From assembly GCF_021869535.1 (NCBI RefSeq), contig NW_026262690.1, forward strand, positions 83,080,001 through 83,144,000: a stretch of DNA of 64,000 nucleotides, written 5' to 3'. Below, in pieces: positions 23,950 to 35,210 of this stretch. The stretch's first letter is position 1; every line of letters starts with the position of its first letter. The stretch is from Mytilus californianus (Eukaryota). The notes beneath the pieces were generated by a model that saw only the letters and a program-made list of their open reading frames with translations, was not told the DNA's origin and did no database searches. The position numbers were made by a program, and so were the translations under genes.

Positions 23950-24380
23950 TGTCCAATAGTAAACTCAAAATTTAGGATACCACAGAGAACTGATGGACAT
24001 TGACGTATTTTCAAAACTGGGGTCTTTGAAAATGTGATAGTTCTCATTTTCCCATTGTCAATTTTCCATTTTATGAGTATGAAGTTATTGGTACCACCAT
24101 GACAACATACTATCTACCCATTGCGTATGGTGTTTACATATCGCAGTTATCCTTTCTTCAGTGAACATTTCACCTGAAATGTCCCAGTTAACTCAAAATT
24201 AAGAAAACTACAGAGACCTGATGAACATTGGTGTATACTCAAAACTAAGGTATATGATATACTAAATGGTCATAATGTCCCCATTGTCAAATTCCCACTT
24301 ATGAGTAATAAGTTATTGATACCATAATAACATACCATTTATCCTTTGCCCATGGCATTTACATATCGCAGTTTATTTCA
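23950..24380 (+). mobile_element. Two tandem diverged Penelope-like RT remnants
   Basis: Two ~225-bp copies; the first reads LKI*DTTE...FPIVNFPF...AYGVYISQL, which are PLE RT C-terminal motifs. Confidence 0.65.
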
Positions 24381-24879
24381 TGTGCCAAAGCATATTTCTC
24401 ATCTTGTTGTTTTCACAAAAAAAAAGATGTACTAAAAAAATTCCCCCATGTTTATTTCTTCCAGAAGTTAGCTGTCATCGCATTTTGCTACGGTATTTAA
24501 TGTTTTTGTTATTCCTGTGGCCGATTTTTTTAAGGATATGTTATTATCACTGATGCAGTTTTGTCAGATTGATTATTTCGAATGTGGTGGCGTTAAGAAT
24601 TTTCAAAATCAGTTTCATCATCTTAACACCTTTATTTACAAAGAAAATGGCTTATATCTTTTAAGATTTTGAATAAGCCTAGGATTTCCAAATTGTACCA
24701 CGAATCACAAAGAAATTGGTGGGGCTAAAGTGATATGTGTGGTTTTACATTCGGACAGATGAATAATCAGTAAAATATTAAAACACTTTTAAACTTGGCA
24801 AAATGTTGGTCAACAAAACTTGGCTAAATGTAGGTCAACACATGTTATTATACTTCATGTCAAAATGTGGGTTTGGTTG

Positions 24880-25245
24880 GTTAATACGAGGGAGACAATT
24901 TACTCTATCCCATGGCAAATACTCTACCACCCTTCACGGAGACGCTTGCTCAAGTGTGCGCTTTAATAAATACGGATTATTGTTATGTACAAGACGACAT
25001 AGTTTATTATTATACTTTACGTAAAATGCAATATTTTGATTGGCTTATACGAGGGTGTTAATTTACTCTATTCTATGGTAAATACTCTATTACCCTTCAC
25101 GGAGACGCTTGATCAAGTGTGCGCTTTATTAAATACGACTCTATCCTATGGCAAATACTCTATTACCCTTCACGGAGACGCTTGATCAAGTGTGCGCTTT
25201 ATTAAATAAGGATGGTTGTTATGTACAAGACGTCATAGTTTATTA
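24880..25245 (+). repeat. ~165-bp tandem duplication with a nested 73-bp re-duplication
   Basis: actcta..cccttcacggagacgcttg.tcaagtgtgcgcttta..aaata at 24902, 25065 and 25138. Confidence 0.85.
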
Positions 25246-25300
25246 CTTTGAATTTGAAATTTAATCGAAAGTAATAACAGAACATTCAGTATAATAAATG

Positions 25301-25439
25301 AAATAACACATATCTGAGAGGGTGATAGAGCAGATTGTTACCCCTCGAAAAGACATTGTCAACCTTGGCTTCACCTCAGTTGACAATGTTTTCTCGGGGT
25401 AACAATCTGCTCTATCACCCTCTCAGCTATGTGTTATTT
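25301..25439. mobile_element. 139-bp foldback (palindromic MITE-like) element
   Basis: ~62-bp arms aaataacacata.ctgagagggtgatagagcagattgttacccc...gtcaac and their reverse complement, around a ~14-nt loop. Confidence 0.8.
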
Positions 25440-28400
25440 ATATATTGTTTAAGTACTTGCCATTAGCCATTTTTATATATTTGTAATGGCCACGAGAAAA
25501 CCCCTTTTTCAGTGATGTTCGTGTTGCTCAGTGTAGTGTTTTGTAGACAAATATTGTCTTTTCGTCGTTTTTCGTTTTTTTTTTGCCATGGTATTCACTA
25601 TTGTCGGGTTTTCTTCGTTTTGTGAATTTTGATTGTCTGTTTGGTTTTTTCTGTCCCTTTTTTGTTCATCCCTCTGATATTTTACAATGTAGCTTCTCAA
25701 TTGGAGTGTGATAGAGCTTATTTGTATAGATTCAATACTCTCTGTGTTTTTCAAACTGGATGATGAAGAGCAATATGGATTTTTGTGCTGGTTACATAGT
25801 TTTCACATTACTACACGTGTTTGGTTATTGTGCAATGGAGTATTATTCTATTGGTATCCATCTTTTTTAAATACCCTAAAGATGCCTACTTAAACCCGAA
25901 AAACAGTTCTGAACTAGTTTTAATCTTTTCTATAAGGAACTGAAAAAAAATAAAAAAAATAACCTGTGAACAATGTATTTCGCCAACAGCAGTCATGAAT
26001 ATTTCATTATATTTGTGCACATTGCTCTATGTCCTAAGAATAATGCTGCTCCACAGGATTTGTCAATGGTTTTGTACAGAAATTTTGTTCATGCCATCTC
26101 TCTGTTTTCAATAATAATAATATATGTTTAGGAGTGAAATCAAATATAAGGTTGATTATGGGGAAATTCCAATTGGCCAATTCGACACACACTGACGACA
26201 GACGCCAAGTGATTACAATAAGTAATATCTTCCAGCAACATGATATTAATTTAATTACAGCAACAGCAGCTTTTTGAATCCGTAGTATTGGTCATACATA
26301 TTTTTGTCATTGACAGTCGTAAGTTGAAATTGTTTTTCATTCATTTTTTGTTTTTTTTTGTTTGATCTTTTGATTTTGACTTTACATAAGGGACTTTCCG
26401 TTTTGAATTTTCCTTGGAGTTCGGTATTTTTGTTAGTTTACTTTTTGGTAAGAATCAACGATGAATTGCGCTCCACAAAAATGATGAATCATACAATTAT
26501 ATGGTTCAGGTGAACAAATTTTGCACAGCAAATTAATAGCTTGAGCGAAACACAAACTGTCTGGAGCATAATTATACGAAAGCTATCTTAACAATGTAAG
26601 GTACCTTAATATGATCTCAGTAAAAAAAAAGTTTTGTATATAATCAAAATCGGAAAGAGGAAAATTTTCTACTATGCAGCTATAGGTTTAAACTTTTCTT
26701 TGATCATATATAATAACATAATTTACAAAGGGTCGAAACCACGGCCATCGTCGGTCGTGAGAGATATCAAACGCTATAAACAGCAACGTAGTAACTAGAA
26801 TCAAAGAAAACTAGAAAAATAGAATATCACTCAAATCATAAAAGAAATTTTGACACATCAAACACAAAACAAATTATTTGGATTTGTGTTTATTAAAAAC
26901 AAATTTCTGTACAAAATACATTTCATGTTTCCCAAATTATGTTTAATATCAATTGATAGCACTTTGTTGGTTTCTTTAGCATAGCAAACTGCATCTGTAA
27001 GTAAAATAAGATAACATCTTGAATTTTGCTGACAATGAATTCTTATTTCGTATCTATTGTAAATTATTGGGGGCAGGAGCAATATATTTTGATTTCATCG
27101 ATCGATATATCTGTCGAATTTTTGTGAATATCTTTATTGATAATCCTTTCAAAACTTCCTGCATATTACATGCTTTACTCAATTCAATAAATATTAATAT
27201 TAGGGGAATGGTGGAAAGTGTCACTATTTTGTAATTATCATAACTTTGAATTCGGGTTCTAATTTAGGAATGTATTGATCGGGATCTATGATGTGTATAC
27301 CAAAAAAATACTTATTCCATCCGTTCAAATCTCTTAGAGGGCCGTGATAGTGCAGTTACTGGACGCCTTTGTCGGGCAAAAAAATCCATCTATAGTGTGG
27401 TTTGAAGAAAAGCTGTTAGCTCGCTTGGTCAAAAGTGACAGAGTGAGCAATTGCCAACACATAGCGTCTGTGGTCTGATACCTTTATGAAAATCTTCGCC
27501 TCTAAAAATCTCAGTGGAACAATTATTTGCTTAATGGTTGTGAGTGTAAGGGCTTTATTTCTATCAGTATTTTTCCGGGTTAGGATTTGAGGTATTTGTC
27601 TATCTTTAAATCACTTTTGTTGTTGTTTTTTTTGCTAGGGATTTTTTTTTCTTTGTTTGTTTGTTGGCTTGGTTTTGTTTGGGTTTTTTTGTTTGGGGGA
27701 GGCTGTTTATTTAAATTGACTTTGTGTGTATAATGAAACTCAAGATTAAAATAAGGCAAGTATGAAAAGCGTCTGAGACTGTCAAATAAATTTATGACAT
27801 AAGAATATTAATTTTAATTCAACGAATTATGTCCTGGGCATACACGCTACAGTTGTTCGAAATGATGATGTGATACGGAGAACACAAACATTTGTATTTG
27901 TCAAAGGGATAAAATAATCTTTCATAAATTGACTTTTTGCTATTGGTTTTTATTATACATGCATTTTATATTATATTGAAGGGTAGAACCAACCCCCCTG
28001 AATTTTTGTCACATCAGAGATGTTTTTTAAAAACCCGTGTCAATATCTTATAATATTAACAGAATCAAAGCACTTCATCTGTGTATTTAGAGATTCTAAC
28101 AATATTATTTCGTATCTGTAAACATGAAATTAATTAATTGGTGCGTAATGAAGCCTAAAAACTAATGTTGATATACTTGGGCAATTTGATAAATGATTAA
28201 AAATTATTAAGACTGACATGAAATACCAAAACCTAATTTCTGTTATATAAGTAAAGCTATCCTATGTTCATTTAAGTCCCCGAAATCGTTCGGATGCAAA
28301 ATTTTACAAAACTTGTCGGTCCACTGGTTGAGCAGGGTGCCACTGATGAATCAGGATCTACCTACCCTTCCGGAGCACCTGAGATTCCCACAGTTTCTGG

Positions 28401-29661
28401 TGGGGTTCGTGTTGCTCAATCTTTAGTTTTCAATGTAGCGTTTTGTGGACTTGTTTGTCTTTTCGTCGGCATGGCGTTGTCAGTTTCCCTATTACATATG
28501 AGTTTTGAATTTTCCCTTGGTATCTTTTGTTGTAAAATTTGTAAAAAGGTATCAAAAAAGTTTTCAGTTGCTATTGGCAATGCATAATATTGTTCCAAAA
28601 TCGTTAAACACATATATCATATATTCTTTTCTTTTCAAATTCTATTAGGTTTCATCAACTTCCCGATTTTGACCTTCTTAGTGAAACAAATACAGGGCAC
28701 ATTGGCCACACCCCTTTAGAGTGATCGTTGTTGAAGCGAAACGCTTATTGTCGACTTAAACGGTGTTCTTAAAGTTTTACTGGTGTCAAAATTTATGTTA
28801 AGTATTTTGTTTTGGTTATTGTGTTTGTTGTTTTTAAATGACGTATAATTCACATCTGCTAGCATTAACTTTGCATATATACACATTCAGATTTATAAAG
28901 TACGGATAATCTATTTAAGCCACCACACTCAACATACTGAAATGCAACAACAAAGTCAAAACCTTAAACAGTTTTGGCACGTCTGTTTAAGCCCTCTTGG
29001 TTTTGATGCTCTCAAACTTCTTATGCATTTTGAAGTTTAATAACAGAAACACGTGTTGCGTGCACTGAAATAAGCATCATACAATACCAATACAACGAAA
29101 AGGAAGCCATTGTTACTGTAAAGTTCATACTTCAAAGCAAAATAGCTGTCCACCTTCCAGTAGACTAGGTAACACATGTGTTGGTGCTTACAATAAAAAC
29201 TATAGTAGTTGACCTTCACCATCACGTGAAACCCGAATTCCACAAAAATACACACAAAACGTGTTTCTGAAGTAATCTTCGTCAGTACGGTACGCTCGTG
29301 ACTAAAAGTTGGGAAAGCCAAAAATACACTTGACGTCTGAGAGCATAAAACCAAAAGGAAAAAAAGATAAAAAAAAGCCAAAGTTGTATTTGTAAACTTT
29401 TGCCTAAGTGAGCTTCAACATTAGTTTTAGGGTACGATCATTTGATTTTCTGGGGAGGAGAATTTTGAAATTGAATAGATTGCACCTGGTAAGAACTGAA
29501 AATTAATGACTTTCCACAAGACAGGATGAATATGAAAATTCTGCAACATAAAATGCAGGATAGTTGAGGATACAAATGGTCGTGCCCTTAGCACAATTAC
29601 ACTATTTCATGATTGTTGGAAATTCAATAAACAAAATGTATCATTTAAATCACGCCAGTAC

Positions 29662-29819
29662 CAGTTGCCCTTTACTATCACGTGCAAATGAGTTACCCTT
29701 TACCAACATGCGCATAATTGTTACTTATAACCAACACGTGCATATCAGTTGCCCTTGTCAAGCACGTGCACACCTGCTTCCATTAATGCACAAGTAACTT
29801 TTTACCAACATGTGCAAAA
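29662..29819. repeat. Degenerate 28-bp tandem repeat, each unit with an E-box-like core
   Basis: Units at 29662, 29690, 29718, 29746 and 29792; cores CACGTG, CATGCG, CACGTG, CACGTG, CATGTG. Confidence 0.75.
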
Positions 29820-31006
29820 CCTAGTTTCATTATCTTTTAAAGTACTTACACTTGTAAATATTATAATCCTATTAAAGAAAAGAAAGTATAAGTTACAATC
29901 CTATCAAGGAATAAAAAATATAAGTACTTAATATAAAAATATCTACATAGATTTAAGCATTATTATATATATTATACGAGCAAGTCAATAGGGACCAACC
30001 GCATTTGGTAAACTTGGTTTTGAAACTTTTAATCGGATAAGTTACGAACTATTATTTTCACTTTTATTCGTTTAGAAATTAAGACATGTCAATGGGTACA
30101 TCAAATATGAAAACAGGAGATGAAAAGCGCGCGAAAAAGAGATAAACATCATCCACGTTCAGAAATCATCCCCTTTTTTAGAGTCTGAAAAGGCACATCT
30201 TAGCATTCCAAAACAATAATTGTACGATGATTGACATTTCTCCGATTGATTTGTGCATTCTGATAATAAGCTAGTTACATTGCATAATAACAGAGAAGTA
30301 TTAAGTATTGATTAGGCGGTATTGCAAGAATACTTAATCCATGTCTGTAAATTTGTTCATTTTCCTATATAATATGAATAAAAATAAATGTTGGATATAC
30401 TTAAAGGAGAGAACAACCTAGCAGATATAAAATAATATGTTGATTTCAACCTCAGATTTTAAATGATGGACACATCCATATCCTATCTCATGTTCTAAAT
30501 TATTTCAGTATAGACAAGTTGCGAATGAATTGAACAGGGAATACTTAAGATCTTTAATAGCGACCCCAATCTTTATATAAAATGAAACAAAAAGAAGCAC
30601 GTTGAGCTTGAAAACACAGTAAAACTCGAAAGCTTTATACACAATGTAAAATGAAGACAACATCGATGTTTGGCGCATATTTGGATGACCATGTTTTGAA
30701 CATGTTTTTTTATATATTCGGTGACACATCCGTTTAAAAGATTTACGGTGCCATTCTTTCTTTTTACATCTGGGAAACAGTAGTGCATGAAAATGGAATG
30801 TAGAGCAAACATACACGCTATTAATTAAACAAATATTTAAACGATCTATAGCCCTCGGATCAAGTTTTATTTTCTTGTTTTATCTATATATATATATTGC
30901 ACTGTTAGTTTATATGCCGTTCATAACACTTATTTTCCCGTAATTGACATATTCCTGAAAAATTCCCTTCAAGGAGGTTTTATTGGTTACATAAATCACA
31001 TATTAC

Positions 31007-31546
31007 CTCTCTTCCCTAGTTGGTTTTGTGGATTAAAAAAGTTAAATGTTTTGGAGTTGAATTGATCTGGATCAAATCCACCACCGCTTCCTCCACTTTG
31101 TCCCAATTTTGATGAGGATGGATCTAACATGTTGGCTTGTAATTGGTTAACCTTATTTGCGTCGAACTTTGGAGGCTGACTTCCACTACTGCTGCCACCA
31201 CCACCGCTTCCACCGCCACTAGTCTGTGCTTGTGGATTAAAGAAATTGAACTTCATAGTGTTGAACTGGTCCGGGTTAAACATAGCTCCGCCGCCTCCAC
31301 CTGAACCAAGCTGTGACTTGGAAGGATCTAGCATACTGGATTGTACTTGATTAACCTTATTAGGATCAAAGTTTGGTGGCTGACTTCCACTGCTACTAGA
31401 ACTTCCACCGCTGCTGCCACCGGAACTTCCACCGCTGCTGCCACCAGAACTTCCACCGCTGCTGCCACCAGAACTTCCACCGCTGCTGCCACCAGAACTT
31501 CCACCGCTGCTGCCACCGGAACTTCCCTGACTTGTTTGTCTTCTAC
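31007..31546 (-). CDS. Gene B exon 5 (24-bp GSSGGSSG repeat x5, two modules, ends NQLGKR)
   Basis: 540 nt, symmetric phase 1; acceptor ttctattcag. Confidence 0.9.
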
Positions 31547-34500
31547 CTGAATAGAATATTTAACACGATTAAATCAGTTGTGATTGGCGTAACTGCGATC
31601 ACTCTCAGATCTGTACTTTGTATCTTTAGTGGTTTTCGTAGTTGTTTTTGTACTTAAAGGATGTTCGCTTCCTTGTTTTTGAATTTTTGCCAGATTTTCG
31701 GAATCCTCTGGTTTTATCTACGTTTTTCCATTAACCCCTACTTTTCTTTTCATAATTTTATTACATATAGTTTTAAAAGCCATATTTGAAAATCTTACAA
31801 AATCCTTGTTATTTTTTCATATTTTTTAAAAGAGAAAAGCGGACAATGTTAACAGTATGAAAAATCTAGAGAGAATCATTTCCCGCCAAATTTTCAGCGG
31901 CTTATATCTCGAAAACAAGCACACGGACCCTTAATTTTTTTCTGCTTTTTTAGTTCCTCTATTTATATACTATCAATTTATAACAGTCTTTTAAAAAGCT
32001 TGTTATTTTGAAGTAGAGTAGCGAACATCCTTACATCGTTCTGATGAGTTAAGTTAAGCCCCTTTCCACTGATTTTTATAGTATGTTCTTATGTTGTACT
32101 GTTTCGCCTATGTCCCAGTTTAGGGGAGGGTTGCGCTTCCGCTAACATGTTTAACCCCGTCACATTCTTTATGTGCCTGTGCCAAGAATGAAGAGTTGTC
32201 TCATTGGCAATCATACCAGTAACCACATCTTCTTACTTTGATATTGTAAGAAGATATTTGGAGATAAAAAGAATAAGCCTGAACTGACCACTTTGTTAAT
32301 TGACGAATAAATTCCAAGAGACTAGTTGCGCGTGTTAAAAAAGTCCCCTTTTTTGTCAATTCTGTATTTTTTCAAGTTAATTTTTTATAACGGACTATGA
32401 ATTTTAGTTATTTCACGTAGTGCGTATATTATTGAATTAAGGCTGCATTGCTACCGTACACGTAAAACAACAATTACATCAGTTGTAACTACAATTTACC
32501 CCTCTTTCCTAGTTGGTTTTGTGGATTAAAGAAGTTGAATGTCTTGGAATTGAATTGATCTGGATCAAATCCACCGGCGCTTCCCCCACTTTGTCCCAAT
32601 TTTGATGAAGATGGGTCCAACATGTTGGTTTGTAATTGGTTAACTTTATTTGCGTCGAACTTTGGTGGCTGACTTCCTCCGCTACTGCTGCCACTGCCGC
32701 CACCACCACCACCGCTAGTCTGTGCTTGTGGATTAAAGAAATTAAACTTCATGGTGTTGAACTGGTCCGGGTTAAACATAGCTCCGCCGCCTCCACCGGA
32801 ACCAAGCTGTGACTTGGAAGGATCTAACATACTGGATTGTACCTGGTTTACTTTATTAGGGTCAAAGTTTGGTGGCTGACTACCACTGCTACTAGAACTT
32901 CCACCACTACTTCCGCCGGAACTACCTTGACTTGCCTGTCGTCTACCTGTTCAATAAAAATAAATAGCACAGTGTATCACAAATAGCAGTTGTATTGAAA
33001 ATGAAAGCAGATGTAAAATCGGGTTGTTATAATGGTTTAGAATTTTCAAAAACATAAAAAATGAAATACATACGTCTTCCTGCTGTCATTGCACTAGGAT
33101 TGAAGAAGCTAAAGGACATGCTGTTGAACTGGTCAGGGTTAAAACCACTGCCTCCTCCTCCGCCTGATCCTAGCTGTAGTTTTGATGGGTCTAGAAAACT
33201 GGCTTGTATTTGGTTGACTTTGTTGGGATCAAAATTTGGCATTTGTGCACTACCACTGCTGCTGCCACCACCAGAACTGCTACTACTTCCGCCGGAACTA
33301 CCACCAGAACCACTACCACTGCTGCTAGACCCGCCTCCACTAGGACTGAAACACAGCAGTACAATAAATCATCGTTTTAATTTAGTTCTTTAATGTTTAT
33401 AAATGTTTAGATCATACATTTTGATAGGAGAAAATATGACAACATAACAAGTAATCATTTTCTATTGCTCAAGGACATTCTTCATTCGTGTGCTTTTTAT
33501 ATATATTTATGTAATAGATTTTCTTACAGATGATTTCGGTATCTCTTAATACCTTTGCTGGCTCCCGCCTCCTAGAAACTGTGATGGATTTAACAAAAAC
33601 TGAGGAGGTTGCATATTCTGTGATAGTGATCCACTGGAGCTACCACCGGAGCCTCCTTGTGTACCACCAGAACTTCCACCGCTCTGAGTAACTCCACCGG
33701 AACTTCCACTGCTTGGTGTCACTCCACCAGAACTTCCACCAGTCTGAGTCACTCCACCAGAACTTCCACCTGACGATCCCCCGGATGTGCTGTTCGCTTG
33801 TCGAACTAGAAATAAATGAATATATAGCTAGGTATGAAATAATAAAATTTCTGCAATTTTTTTTCAAGGTTTATGCATTGTGAAATAGTAGAAGTATATC
33901 TACATAAAATGAAGAGATTAAACTAAAAAAAAAGCATTGTGAAAGTTTCAGTCTCTTGTGGAGAGTTGTCTCATTGGCAATCTTACCACATCTTCTTATT
34001 TTTATATTTACATAAAATGAAGGGATTTTAATAAAAGCTTTGATTGGAATTTGAAAGATTACCATCAGACATGCTATTCTTACTTTACTTCAATTTTCTA
34101 TTTTCTAGATATTGTTTTGTCCTCCGCCACTTGAAAAATCACTAGAACAAAACAGATAAACTCCTATAAACTAGTGAATAATCGCGCAATTTCAAATGTA
34201 TAGGCAAGCTACCTTCGTTAATAAGAATCACAGATTCTTGAAACAGTACAGGGGAAAATGACAAACAAACAATGCAGTGAAGAAGATACCAATTTTCAAA
34301 GGTCGAAATGACATTTGCTTTCTTGATCTTATTTCGTTTGCTTCATGTAAGTTTGTCTATTTTTTGTAGTATCGATGATTCTTTTGGTTTAAATTTATTG
34401 AATCGCTTGAATGTAACTTCGGCCATTGTAAATCGTATAGTTTGAATAGGAAAACACTTAACTCTGAATTGTGTTAAACTTGCAAAACAATGGTTTTCTA

Positions 34501-35210
34501 TGTTGACAAGGCTCAAGGCATAATATTACAGAGAGAATAGGAACGTAGATTTGAATCGTTTGTTGTCTTAATTTACAAATTCGCCGTTTCAGAATCTAAA
34601 GGATTGCAGGTAATTTCAGTGTTCGTAAATCAAAATATAAAGAAGTTAAGACATTGGTTGAATATCCATGTTTAGGACTTTTAATCAATCAGAACATTTT
34701 GATGAACAATTTGTGCATTTTTGAAAAAAAAAACAAAATATTATTTAACCTTAACTTAGTAAAAACGAATTTGTGGAATTGTAATTAGATATTTAATTAT
34801 TTATAACGAATATAAAATCGATATTAAAATTTAAGATAACAAATTCTGTAATTAGAAACAAATGTTACTACGACTTCACGTATTACAAATGAAACTTCAC
34901 TTAAAGATGAATTAAAGAAGTTATGTGATTTTTTTTAATTTCAGGTAGTTGTAAAATCATGTTTAATTGAAGTATTTTCAAAGGTAGGGGAATGGGTCAC
35001 AGAAATCTGATAGAAACAATGACCATGCTTTTTTCTTTTCTTTTTTTTTTGTACAGCCTTTTTGGGATTCCCCTCTCTCTCTTTCTGTTAAAAAGCTATA
35101 TTAGTTTACGTTCAAATATGAATGTTCCTACCGAAAAATATAAACTTACCACTAATGGCGAATGCATGGCTGACCAATAAAGTCGCCAATATAATCGTTG
35201 TCCACGCCAT
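31007..35210 (-). CDS. Gene B: secreted Gly/Ser-rich polyprotein with FDPNKVN/LDPS/FNPDQFN modules and basic cleavage sites (at least 524 aa; 3' exon unresolved)
   Basis: Exons 35210-35150 (MAWTTIILATLLVSHAFAIS, G|GTAAGT), 33805-33553, 33345-33074, 32946-32500 and 31546-31007. Intron phases 1,2,1,1 all join in frame, and the last exon found ends in a phase-1 donor G|GTAATA. Confidence 0.88.
32500..32946 (-). CDS. Gene B exon 4 (two 3-motif modules, ends NQLGKR)
   Basis: 447 nt, symmetric phase 1; paralogous to exon 5. Confidence 0.9.

Noticed and set aside
29662-29819. 28-bp repeats considered as a CRISPR array
   Set aside because: The units are adjacent with no unique spacers, they are degenerate, the context is eukaryotic and there are no cas genes.
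34308-34352. Plus-strand MTFAFLILFRLLH|gtaagt inside gene B intron 1
   Set aside because: No compatible downstream plus-strand exon was found; it is probably a chance match.
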